Shown here: positions 27,460-36,454 of the stretch, one piece after another
Layout: each line of letters starts with the position of its first letter
Numbering within the stretch: the stretch's first letter is position 1
Origin: a virus
Lineage: Duplodnaviria; Caudoviricetes
DNA: 45,812 nucleotides
Virus record (IMG/VR): IMGVR_UViG_3300033402_000513
Location: 1 to 45,812 of that record
Direction: 5' to 3' (one strand)
Translations under genes and position numbers: made by a program
Notes under the pieces: model-generated
The model's input: only the letters and a program-made list of their open reading frames with translations
Database searches by the model: none
What the model was told of the DNA's origin: nothing

Positions 27460-27681
27460 ATGGGAATGGGTCACAACGAGCACCTTTTCGATGAGCACGA
27501 CCTTGCGCGAATCACCAAGCGGAGTGTCGCGTCTGTGCGCAGGGATCGACTTCTAAAGAAAGGATGCCCCTACATCAAGATCGGCTCGTCCGTCCGGTAC
27601 ATGCCATCGGATGTCGAAGCGTGGCTGGGGTCTTTACCTAGCCGGGGCAGGCACCAGGAGATGGTCGCCTCTAAGAGTTGA
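27460..27681 (+). CDS. Excisionase/AlpA-like HTH protein
   Basis: LFDEHDLARI..SVASVRRDR..GCPYIKIGSSVRYMPSDVEAWL. Confidence 0.85.
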   Translation: MGMGHNEHLFDEHDLARITKRSVASVRRDRLLKKGCPYIKIGSSVRYMPSDVEAWLGSLPSRGRHQEMVASKS

Positions 27682-27685
27682 GCGC

Positions 27686-29440
27686 ATGACGCCGCTCAAC
27701 TTTCTCAACCTCCTCTGGCAGCTCAAACCCGAGGAGATGTTCGTCCTGATCTGGACGCTGCACGATAAATGTTCCCACTGGTTCCGCGACGTCGCCGCCG
27801 CTGCGGAGTTCGTGGTTAAGGCGCGCGGCCTGGACGTGTATGTGGGAGTGGGCCTGTCGAGAGCCGACCGCGGGCCGACGAACCGCTGCGTGTCAGACGA
27901 TGTCGCCGGCATTAGCGGCTTCTGGGCCGACCTCGATTTGAAGTCGGAGGCGCACACAAAGGCCCTCCCGGCGACCATCGCGGAGGCGATCTCCATCATC
28001 CCCGAGTGCATACCGCCAACCGTGGTGATCGCGACCGGCAACGGTGCGCACGCCTGGTGGCTCTTCAAAGAACCGTACATCTTCGATGACGCCGAGGACC
28101 GGAAGGACACGGCACTGCTCGTGTCCCGGTGGCAGACTCTGCTGCGCCTGCGCGCGTCGCAGCGCGGCTGGGCCTTCGACCGACTGTCGGATTTGGCGCG
28201 CGTGTTGCGGATTCCCGGCACGGCGAACCTGAAGGACCCGAACAATCCGAAGGCCGTCACTCTCCACTCGGCGACGGACAGGCGATACAACCTCTCTGAT
28301 TTCCAGGATTACCTTGACGACGTAGCGGTCCCCGATCCAGAAGCGGAAGAGAAGGCGACGCGCGAATGGGCCGAGCGGTTCGCGGACAAGCCGTTGGTCA
28401 TCAACATCGACGCGCGCATCCCCCAGGAACTGCTCGACGGCTGGCTGGCCAGAGACCTTCGGTTCAAGAATACCTGGCTGCGCCAGCGACACGACCTGAA
28501 GGACCAGAGCCAGAGCGGGTATGATATGGCGCTGGCGGCTTTTGGTGCCCATACCGGTCTGACCGAGCAGCAGATCGTTGACCTGATCGTCCACCACCGG
28601 AGCCTGTACGCAAGGTCGCAGCGCACACGCCTGGACTACTTCCAACGGACCATCGCGAAGGCATTTCGGCCCAGTTTGGGTCCGGACGCACCCATGGTTC
28701 TGCTTGGCGCGTCGCCGCTTTCCGCCACGACCGGTCCGGCTGCGCCGCCGGGCGCGCCCGTTGCGCCGGGTGCAGGTGGATCGCCCAATAGTGCCACCCT
28801 CGATCCTGCCGCCGCCAAGGCGCTACTGTGCGAACGAATCTCCGCGGTGCTGGGCGTCCGGATCTGTCGGCTCGTGAAGTTCGCCGGCAAGGAACCGACA
28901 TATCACATGGAGTTGGAAGAGGGGAAAACCGAGTTTCTCAGCGTCCGGAAGTTTATGTCACAGATAGCCGTTCGGGAGGAGATCGCCGCTTCGACGGGCA
29001 AGATCATCCGGAAGTTCAAGGGCAAGGACTGGGACCAACTGGCGCAGGCCATGCTGGACGCCTGCGTCATTGAACAGGGCGGCGAGGAGAACGAGTGGGA
29101 AGGCGCGGCGCGCATGTACGTTGCGCAGTACCTCTCCGAGAACGGTTTTATCGACACCATTGAAGGGCAGCCGGTTCAGAGCCAGCGGAAGCCAATCGTG
29201 CTGGATGGCAAGGTGGCCATCTGTGCCAGCGACATCCAGATGTACATCAACAAAACCATGCTCCAGATGCTTTCGGTCAAGGCGGTCGCCTCGATGCTCG
29301 GCGCACTGGGCGGAAAGAGCATTCGCGTTCGCGGCCAGAAGTTCAAAGAACAGGGCCGGTGGGTGCTGCCGTTGGATCAGTTCGATCCCGCTGAATACTC
29401 GCCGGGTAAGAGGGAGGAGCACACCAGTGATGCCATCTGA
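27686..29440 (+). CDS. RepB-like DNA primase (AEP superfamily)
   Basis: VYVGVG, WADLD, TGNGAHAWW and RVLRIPGT motifs; ATG 27686. Confidence 0.85.
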   Translation: MTPLNFLNLLWQLKPEEMFVLIWTLHDKCSHWFRDVAAAAEFVVKARGLDVYVGVGLSRADRGPTNRCVSDDVAGISGFWADLDLKSEAHTKALPATIAEAISIIPECIPPTVVIATGNGAHAWWLFKEPYIFDDAEDRKDTALLVSRWQTLLRLRASQRGWAFDRLSDLARVLRIPGTANLKDPNNPKAVTLHSATDRRYNLSDFQDYLDDVAVPDPEAEEKATREWAERFADKPLVINIDARIPQELLDGWLARDLRFKNTWLRQRHDLKDQSQSGYDMALAAFGAHTGLTEQQIVDLIVHHRSLYARSQRTRLDYFQRTIAKAFRPSLGPDAPMVLLGASPLSATTGPAAPPGAPVAPGAGGSPNSATLDPAAAKALLCERISAVLGVRICRLVKFAGKEPTYHMELEEGKTEFLSVRKFMSQIAVREEIAASTGKIIRKFKGKDWDQLAQAMLDACVIEQGGEENEWEGAARMYVAQYLSENGFIDTIEGQPVQSQRKPIVLDGKVAICASDIQMYINKTMLQMLSVKAVASMLGALGGKSIRVRGQKFKEQGRWVLPLDQFDPAEYSPGKREEHTSDAI

Positions 29441-31127
29441 GGAACAGGCCACCGGGACACTTGAGGAGATCGGGCAGCGCGACCACAGCGTCACAGCCGA
29501 ATACCGCATCTTCGGCGCTCCAGGCTGCGGCAAGACTACGAACATCACCCGTCAGGTCAAGCGCGCGGTCGAGAAGCACGGTGCGGACGCGGTGCTGGTG
29601 ACGAGCTACTCGCGCACGGCGGCCGCGGAACTGGCTGGCCGCGACCTGCCTATCGCTTCGGACCGGGTCGGCACGCTGCACTCGCACTGCTACCACGCGC
29701 TCGGCAGACCGGTGATCGCGGAGTCATGCGTAGACGAGTGGAATAGAGACAACCCGCACCTGGCCATCACGCCGGCCAAGAAGCAGGTCAGGCTCGAAAG
29801 CGAAGGTGCGGGAGCGGAGGACGACGCCGAGCTGGCCAAGAACGGCGATGAGGTCCTTCGTGAGTTGAGCCGTATGCGCGGCCTGATGATCCCGCAGAAC
29901 CGCTGGCCCATCGTGCTGAGCCAGTTCAAACAGAAGTGGACGGAGTACAAGCATGCACTGGGTCTGCTCGACTTCACCGATCTAATCGAGACGTGCTACC
30001 GTGACGTCTCTGCCGCGCCCAGGCACCCGGCGGTCATCTTCGCGGACGAGGCACAGGACCTCAACCGGATGCAGTTGACGCTTATCCGGAAATGGGGCGA
30101 CTGCGCGAACTACTTCATTCTCGCGGGTGACGACGACCAGACCATCTTTTCGTTCACGGGCGCTTCCCCGGACGCCATCCTCGATCCGGACATTCCCGAG
30201 GACCACAAGATCATCCTCAAACAGTCGCATCGGGTTCCCCGCGCCGTCCACCAGCTCGCCAACGATCTGATCCATCGGGTCACGAGACGCCAGGAGAAGG
30301 TCTACCTGCCGCGACCAGAAGATGGCGCAGTACAGAGGCTCTCGCGTGGCACTTACAAGTCGCCGGAGTATTTCATCCTCAAGAGCGCCATGGAACATCT
30401 GGAGCAGGGAAAGACGGTGATGTTCCTCGCGTCCTGCTCATACATGCTCCACCCGTTGGTCGCGATTCTGCGCAAGAACGGTATCCCGTTCCACAACCCG
30501 TACCGCAAGACGAACGGATTCTGGAATCCGCTGCGGATCGGCACGAAGGGTTCCAGCGCCAACCGCATCCTCTCCCTGTTGGTGGCCCACCCGCAGTTCG
30601 GTGATGGCCATCGGGCGTGGACCAAGCGCGACTTGGCGTTGTGGAGCGAGTGGCTGGAGTCGAAGGGCATTCTGAGGAGCGGCGCGAAAGAGATCATCCA
30701 GACGTGCGCGGGCTCCCCCCTGGTGACCATGGAGCATCTGCAGACGATCTTCGGATCGGGGGCACTCGAATCCTTGCTGGCAGCGTGGCATGGCGATTAC
30801 CGTGCGCTGCTTGACTGGTGGCGAACCCGAGTCACTGCGGACGTCCGTAATCGCATCCAGTTTCCGGCAGACGTTGCCGCCGTGCATGGGCCGCGCGCGC
30901 TCATGGATTTGCCCAAAGTGGTGGTCGGGACCATCCACTCCGTCAAGGGAGGCCAAGCCGATGTGGTCTATCTCTTTCCGGATCTCAGCCAGGCCGGGGA
31001 CGCTCAATACAACCGGGGCGGCGCGGCGCGCGATTCCGTGATTCGAGTCTTCTATGTGGGACTGACCAGAGCGCGCGAAACGCTTTACATCTGCCAGCGA
31101 GAAACCGGCACGGCGGTGACGATATGA
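29430..31127 (+). CDS. UvrD/Rep family SF1 helicase
   Basis: GAPGCGKTT, TLHS, DEAQD, GDDDQTI, QSHR, TIHSVKG and YVGLTRAR motifs; GGAGGAG RBS. Confidence 0.93.
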   Translation: MPSEEQATGTLEEIGQRDHSVTAEYRIFGAPGCGKTTNITRQVKRAVEKHGADAVLVTSYSRTAAAELAGRDLPIASDRVGTLHSHCYHALGRPVIAESCVDEWNRDNPHLAITPAKKQVRLESEGAGAEDDAELAKNGDEVLRELSRMRGLMIPQNRWPIVLSQFKQKWTEYKHALGLLDFTDLIETCYRDVSAAPRHPAVIFADEAQDLNRMQLTLIRKWGDCANYFILAGDDDQTIFSFTGASPDAILDPDIPEDHKIILKQSHRVPRAVHQLANDLIHRVTRRQEKVYLPRPEDGAVQRLSRGTYKSPEYFILKSAMEHLEQGKTVMFLASCSYMLHPLVAILRKNGIPFHNPYRKTNGFWNPLRIGTKGSSANRILSLLVAHPQFGDGHRAWTKRDLALWSEWLESKGILRSGAKEIIQTCAGSPLVTMEHLQTIFGSGALESLLAAWHGDYRALLDWWRTRVTADVRNRIQFPADVAAVHGPRALMDLPKVVVGTIHSVKGGQADVVYLFPDLSQAGDAQYNRGGAARDSVIRVFYVGLTRARETLYICQRETGTAVTI

Positions 31128-31414
31128 GCGGCCTTCCGCGGCCTGTCGATCTAACCCAGGTGCCAGCGGTCCCATGGGCGTGGGTCGATGAGCGCGTATA
31201 CGCCGCCATCCGGGCGTGCAGCGTTAAAGTGCTCCAGAACGAACGGCGGTTAAACATCGGCTGCCCGTTCCGGCGCATCAACGGCACGACGGTTCGGTAT
31301 AAGTTCGGGGACATCATGGCCTTTCTGGAATCACAACCGGGCGGCGGTGGCACCGCAGAGCCGAGCCATAAACCGCAGCGTGGATCTGGCCAGCCGCGCA
31401 AATCTTCGACTTGA
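31124..31414 (+). CDS. Second Xis-like HTH protein
   Basis: SVKVLQNERRLNIGCPFRRINGTTVRYKFGDIMAFL resembles the 27460 protein; ATGA overlap with the helicase. Confidence 0.7.
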   Translation: MSGLPRPVDLTQVPAVPWAWVDERVYAAIRACSVKVLQNERRLNIGCPFRRINGTTVRYKFGDIMAFLESQPGGGGTAEPSHKPQRGSGQPRKSST

Positions 31415-32607
31415 CTGTTTCGCAACGCAAGACCCTCATGGGGTCGAGGCAATTTCGCCACATGTGCGTTTTCAAAAACGGAGCGTTCTACCATTACGAG
31501 TTCACCCTGGACGGGCGGCGGCACCGTGGGTCCACCGGCACGGCGGATAGGGACGAGGCGGTAAGGGAGGAAAGCCGTCAGCGGGAGCGCTTGGAGAAGA
31601 GCTATGGCCAGGTCATCGAGGAGGAAGCCCGCAAGCAGCGCCGGAAAACGATTCAGCAGGCAGCAGATGAATTCCTCGCCGACTACAAATTGAAACACGA
31701 ATCCGGGACGTTCGCGGAGTATGCTCTGGGACACGTAACGGACCACCTCGGCAAGAGGCTCGTCGTGGAGATCACGCCGACGGTCGTGAAACGCTACCAG
31801 ACAGATCGTCTCGCGGCGAAGGCCGGTCCCAAGACCATCAACGACGAAGTGCTGCTGCTGTTGCGGCTGTGCGGCGACCAGGGAGATCTGATCCGCGCGA
31901 AATTGCGCCGAGAAAAGGCGATGAAACTCGCCCTCCCGCCGTCGCCCGGACGCGCATACACCGCCGACGAGAAGGCGCGCATGCTCGCGGAAGCTGCGAA
32001 GCTGCGGAGCAAAAACATGTACCCCGCCCTCGTCGTGGATCTGAATTGCGGCCTGCGCGACAAGGAGTTGCGCGAACTCCAGTGGCGGCAGATCGACCTC
32101 GTCCATAAAAAGCAGCTCACCGTAGGCAAATCAAAGACCGACGCCGGTACGGGCCGCGTGATCCCGCTGAACGATACGGTCATGATCGCCCTTGAGGCGC
32201 ACGCCGCGTGGTACATCCGGCGGTTCGGTGAGTGCAAGCCGGAGTGGTTTGTCTTCCCCGCCGGGAAGGGCCAGCCGAACGATCCCACCCGCCCCGTAAC
32301 GACGTTGCGGACGGCGTGGACCAAGGTCCGCGACAAGGCGAAGGTGGTCGGACGGTGGCACGACAACCGGCACACGCTGGTAACGGAGCTTTCCGAATCG
32401 GGCGCGGGCGACGAGGTGATCATGAGTATCGCCGGGCACGTCTCGCACGCCATGCTTTCGCGCTACTCCCACGTGCGAATGGAAGCCAAACGGCGAGCCC
32501 TTGACGAGATCGCCGCACGCCAGAGAACCGCCGACGAGAAGCGCCGGGAGGAAGCCGAGCGGCAACAGCATGCTGGGGCAGCTTCTCAATCGATGGTGAT
32601 ACAGTAA
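31411..32607 (+). CDS. int: Tyrosine recombinase/integrase
   Basis: GLRDKE (R), KSKT (K), HDNRH, AGH and RY catalytic residues; N-terminal arm-binding region; true start may be ATG 31438 or 31462. Confidence 0.95.
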   Translation: MTVSQRKTLMGSRQFRHMCVFKNGAFYHYEFTLDGRRHRGSTGTADRDEAVREESRQRERLEKSYGQVIEEEARKQRRKTIQQAADEFLADYKLKHESGTFAEYALGHVTDHLGKRLVVEITPTVVKRYQTDRLAAKAGPKTINDEVLLLLRLCGDQGDLIRAKLRREKAMKLALPPSPGRAYTADEKARMLAEAAKLRSKNMYPALVVDLNCGLRDKELRELQWRQIDLVHKKQLTVGKSKTDAGTGRVIPLNDTVMIALEAHAAWYIRRFGECKPEWFVFPAGKGQPNDPTRPVTTLRTAWTKVRDKAKVVGRWHDNRHTLVTELSESGAGDEVIMSIAGHVSHAMLSRYSHVRMEAKRRALDEIAARQRTADEKRREEAERQQHAGAASQSMVIQ

Positions 32608-32632
32608 CGGCTGGTGGTGGCGCGCTTCCGGC

Positions 32633-32638
32633 TATAAT
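32633..32638 (+). promoter_or_regulatory. Consensus -10 element for the cargo operon
   Basis: TATAAT 25 bp upstream of ATG 32663; no clear -35. Confidence 0.5.
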
Positions 32639-32662
32639 GAACCGGGAGACGTTGAACACTCT

Positions 32663-33343
32663 ATGCCACTAACGTCGATGCACGTCCTCGCTGGCGTGCA
32701 CACGGCAGGAAAGACCAGCCTAGGTCTCCGTCTCCAGGAAATCGGTTACGATTTCTTCCCTGAGGTCGCGATGGAGTCAATCGCCGGACTCTCTCCATGG
32801 GAATTGGGTCCGTCCTTCGACGAGTCCGTGATTGCCGAGGAGCTTGCACGAGATTCCAAGCTTCGAATGCACCGGCAACCGCTATTTGTTGAAACGTGGC
32901 ATATAGGAAACCTGGCATATGCTCGGGTCCGGAATCCATCTGTGGCGCTCAAGTATGAAGCGCGAGTCCGCGCCCACGTCTCCGAGTTCAGTCCGCTCGT
33001 GTACTTCCTAGACTTGAAAGTCGATCTCTTGCGTGAACGGACGGCATATTTCACGCACGAGTCCGACAGGACGAAAGCTGTCAGCTTTTATTCCCATGTA
33101 CGCCGTGAGTTTTTTGAGACGTTCGGTCTTCTGCATGTCAGCCCCATCATCGTCGATGCGTCAAGAGACTTCGCCTCCGTTCTTGGGACGATACTGCAAC
33201 ACGAAGAACACCACTGCGCTATCAGCTCTCGTAGTAAGGGGCCGGAGGGTTCCGGTGGAGGACTTCCGCGGGAGGCAAATGGGAGAGATCGCGAACAGCG
33301 TCCGACCGCACCGGACCAAATCAATGAGGGTGGCGCAAAATGA
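32663..33343 (+). CDS. P-loop nucleotide kinase-like protein (AAA_28/NMP kinase-like)
   Basis: Walker A GVHTAGKTS, LFVETWHIGNLAY, VYFLD; ATGA overlap with the next gene. Confidence 0.75.
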   Translation: MPLTSMHVLAGVHTAGKTSLGLRLQEIGYDFFPEVAMESIAGLSPWELGPSFDESVIAEELARDSKLRMHRQPLFVETWHIGNLAYARVRNPSVALKYEARVRAHVSEFSPLVYFLDLKVDLLRERTAYFTHESDRTKAVSFYSHVRREFFETFGLLHVSPIIVDASRDFASVLGTILQHEEHHCAISSRSKGPEGSGGGLPREANGRDREQRPTAPDQINEGGAK

Positions 33344-33888
33344 ATGCGAAGCACTATACAAAGCAGGGGCTTGAGCTAAAGCAGCGACAAATCAAGGCAC
33401 AGGAAGTCAAGGTTCGGGCCATTGGCAGGGAAGCTGGCGATGAGGCAGGATTGAACTGCGATTGGCATGATAACTTTGGCTACGAGGATGCCAAACGTAG
33501 GCTAGAAATGGAGTCCGCACTCCTGCGAAAGCTCCGAGAGGATACTGATGGAGCACAGGTCATCACCGTGGAGGAGCAGTCCGAACGTGTTGGAATAGGG
33601 ACCACCGCAAAGATACTATTCAATGGCGAAGACAGAGAGATTACGCTAGGCGGTTTCGGCGAATCCGATGCGGCTATTGGGCTCCTCTCATATACCAGCC
33701 CATTAGGCCGCGTGCTGTTGAACATGAGAGAGGGAGATTCGAAGACTGCAAACATTGTGGGCAAGCCGACTGAAATCGAAGTGGTTGACATTCGGCCGCC
33801 ATCATACCGGTACAACGGATTGATTGCCAAACTTCTCGCCGACGTCTCGAATACTGGAGAGGAGGAGACCAAGAATCTGAGTAAGTAG
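33340..33888 (+). CDS. GreA/GreB family transcription factor (variant)
   Basis: N-terminal TKQGLE coiled coil, tip CDWHDNFGY (cf. GDLxENxEY), VGIGT, and LSYTSPLGRVLLNMREGD. Confidence 0.88.
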   Translation: MNAKHYTKQGLELKQRQIKAQEVKVRAIGREAGDEAGLNCDWHDNFGYEDAKRRLEMESALLRKLREDTDGAQVITVEEQSERVGIGTTAKILFNGEDREITLGGFGESDAAIGLLSYTSPLGRVLLNMREGDSKTANIVGKPTEIEVVDIRPPSYRYNGLIAKLLADVSNTGEEETKNLSK

Positions 33889-33909
33889 GTTTTTGGCTGG
33901 AAACGCTCA

Positions 33910-34491
33910 ATGATCTCACAGACAGTTCCCTCAATCGGCAGTAAGCACAAATTGATCGTAGTTGAAGGCATCGACGGGACCGGCAAGACGACAGTTGCTC
34001 ATAGACTGGCCCGGGTGATTGGTGGGAAGTACATCAGGACGCCGCCCCCACCGTTCGACTCGGCTCGGCAGTATGTCGACAAACAAGGAAGCTTAGACAC
34101 GCGCTTTCTGTTTTATTTGTGCTCGGTGTCTTATGCTTCCGATGTAATTCGCCGCGAATTGGCGAAGCGTGATGTAGTCTGTGATCGATACCTTGGCAGC
34201 ACGATTGCCTATCACCGTGCACTCGGTATCCGACTCGACTGGAACATGGAAGAATTGACCCTTGTCGCACCGGACTACGCGTTCCTACTCGAGGTCTCGG
34301 ACGAATCTGAGCGAATGAAGCGAATCCGACGCCGGCGCCGGATCACGGCCGGTGACCGACTTCTGGAAGACGAACAATTGCGGAAGAGAATGGTGTCTGA
34401 ATTCGAGAGATTCCAGTGGATTAAGGTCGATACCGCGAAGCGGAACGCTGACGAAGTCGTTGAGTGGATAAGGGGCGCGCTCAAAGGGTAG
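33910..34491 (+). CDS. Thymidylate kinase family NMP kinase (CMPK2-like)
   Basis: VEGIDGTGKTT, RTPP, RFLFY and CDRYLGSTIAY motifs. Confidence 0.88.
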   Translation: MISQTVPSIGSKHKLIVVEGIDGTGKTTVAHRLARVIGGKYIRTPPPPFDSARQYVDKQGSLDTRFLFYLCSVSYASDVIRRELAKRDVVCDRYLGSTIAYHRALGIRLDWNMEELTLVAPDYAFLLEVSDESERMKRIRRRRRITAGDRLLEDEQLRKRMVSEFERFQWIKVDTAKRNADEVVEWIRGALKG

Positions 34492-34519
34492 CCGTGCCGA
34501 TGCGCTATTAAGGAGAATC

Positions 34520-36058
34520 ATGCCTGAGTATAGTCATTCTGACCGCGATATCGAACGCGAGTTTCGGCTGTACCGGGACCTCTATCAATTGCCAGTGCAG
34601 CACTGTGTTTCCGAAAACACGCCGGGCCCATTCTTGGAGTACTGTCAGAGAAGGCGATTCTTTGTAATAGTTTTCGTCTACGCGGCTGGCTACCGGACGT
34701 ACGTCATTCCGGCTCTGGTTGCTGCCGAGACTGTGAGACTTGACCAAGTGTTTACGGTCACGTCTGGAAGTGAGATCCTCACCGCACTTGGCAGCTTAGT
34801 TGCGAGTTCTAGAGCTGCGGCTGGTCCGGGAGGTTCTGTCCCGCTTTCTGGTTCCACTGTACCGAATACGGGCGGAATGTTCGGCGAAGGGCCGGGCAAA
34901 CCTTGCAGGTACCGTCTTCCAGCCGGCGCGATAAAGCTCTTCTCTCTGCGCGAGTGCGTTCTGGAAGCGGTTCGTAGGATCGCGGAAAAGGAATTTAAAG
35001 AATTGGGATGCGTTTCGATTGGCGAGATTACACCCTTGGTGTACCTGCAAAATCACTTTTTTCATGGCTCTACCTATCACGCTCACGATGGAATCGGTTT
35101 CATGTGCAGGGTGCAAATGCCGACATCGAAAGCGCTTCACTCGCGGGAGGCGGAGCGGGTTAGAATCACGGAGGCCGATATTGGGTCCATCGAGGACCGG
35201 TTCATTTTGGGGGGAGACAGGCACGTCTTCGAATACGCCAAGAAGAAGTTGAAGTACACACTTACCGAGGACCATGACGAAGAGATTGCAGCTAGTCATG
35301 CCGTCACGGGATTAATCAAGTTCCACAACATTTTCGTCAAGCCATTGTTCCGACTGTTTGGGAGGGGCGGGGCAAAGCGGTTCGTCATCAGCGAGGTTGA
35401 GAAGACGGTCGCCGGATCAAGCAGTGGGTGCAGGTTTCTGGACATCTCGTGTGGCGAGGACAAGTTCTTGTTCGACATACAGGCGAGACTGCCCCGTGGC
35501 AGCGTCATTGTAGGAAATGACGTAGCGTGGGATTCGATCAATGTGCTGATGAAGCACAAGTTGCGAAACAGAATACCCAACGTCTATTTCACGAATCATT
35601 CGTCGAGTGATGCACCGTACCAAGCAGAGGCTTTTGATATTAGCGTCTGCAAGAACTCGCTGCACCACATGAGAGATTACAAGGAAGCCGTCGAGACGAT
35701 TAAGAACTTGGTGCGTGTGACCAAGCACAAGGTCATTGTCGTAGACTACGAAGACCCCCGGAAAACAGGCTGGATGCCTCTTCTGTTCAATCTCTACTAT
35801 AGATACGTTCTGCGTGATCAGGGAGCGAAGTTTCTCACCGCCGATGAGTTTCGCCGCCTATTCGAGGAGGAGCATGGAGTCAAGGAAATCCTCAGAACCA
35901 GGCGCTTTACTGTGAGGATTGGCGCTCAGAAATCGAACTTCGGGAACGCAATGTGGGCTGTGCTGGAACGAGAGGGCGCCGCAGAAGGGCCGAGCAAGGG
36001 GGGTGTTCTGCCAGATGGCGACAGGGTCCCCCCAGAGTCCCCCCAATTGACGCGATAA
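34520..36058 (+). CDS. Fusion protein: N-terminal degenerate Nudix-like domain + class I SAM methyltransferase
   Basis: C-terminal FLDISCGE, VGND, AFDISVCKNSLHH, VRVTK; N-terminal LPAGAI...E.VLEAVRRIAEKE resembles a Nudix box; AAGGAG RBS. Confidence 0.72.
   Translation: MPEYSHSDRDIEREFRLYRDLYQLPVQHCVSENTPGPFLEYCQRRRFFVIVFVYAAGYRTYVIPALVAAETVRLDQVFTVTSGSEILTALGSLVASSRAAAGPGGSVPLSGSTVPNTGGMFGEGPGKPCRYRLPAGAIKLFSLRECVLEAVRRIAEKEFKELGCVSIGEITPLVYLQNHFFHGSTYHAHDGIGFMCRVQMPTSKALHSREAERVRITEADIGSIEDRFILGGDRHVFEYAKKKLKYTLTEDHDEEIAASHAVTGLIKFHNIFVKPLFRLFGRGGAKRFVISEVEKTVAGSSSGCRFLDISCGEDKFLFDIQARLPRGSVIVGNDVAWDSINVLMKHKLRNRIPNVYFTNHSSSDAPYQAEAFDISVCKNSLHHMRDYKEAVETIKNLVRVTKHKVIVVDYEDPRKTGWMPLLFNLYYRYVLRDQGAKFLTADEFRRLFEEEHGVKEILRTRRFTVRIGAQKSNFGNAMWAVLEREGAAEGPSKGGVLPDGDRVPPESPQLTR
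36027..36045 (+). repeat. Putative integrase arm-type sites left of the att core
   Basis: TCCCCCCA at 36027 and 36038 (11-bp spacing). Confidence 0.6.
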
Positions 36059-36114
36059 TCAGTTTTTCGCGCCTCTAAGTGGTTGTGTTTGCAATGCGAG
36101 GCGGCTACAACCGT

Positions 36115-36164
<50 letters not shown>

Positions 36165-36247
36165 GAATAAGTCCTTTAGTTTCAACGTATCCTCTACTGA
36201 ACACGCCACTTGCCGCACTGCGCCCAATCCACGGCAATTTTAAATCT

Positions 36248-36309
36248 TTACCCATCCTTACCCGAATTTACCCAAACGTGGACGGCTGAATCCCCCCAGT
36301 TTCCCCCCA
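36248..36309 (+). repeat. Phased TTACCC repeats and a second TCCCCCCA pair right of the att core
   Basis: TTACCC at 36248, 36258 and 36268; TCCCCCCA at 36291 and 36302. Confidence 0.65.
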
Positions 36310-36454
36310 GTGGCTGGCCAACGCGCCGCGAGGAATTGACCGGGGATCCGGCACAGTGCTTGTTCGCCAACAGGAATACAGCGCCGTTCGGAGCCAGCTA
36401 CCGGAAGGCCCTCGACCTGATCTTCGGCAACCTGGACGTCACGCGCGCTCAAAC

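Noticed and set aside
32663-36058. Prokaryotic viperin system
   Set aside because: A CMPK2-like kinase is present but no radical-SAM CxxxCxxC protein is encoded
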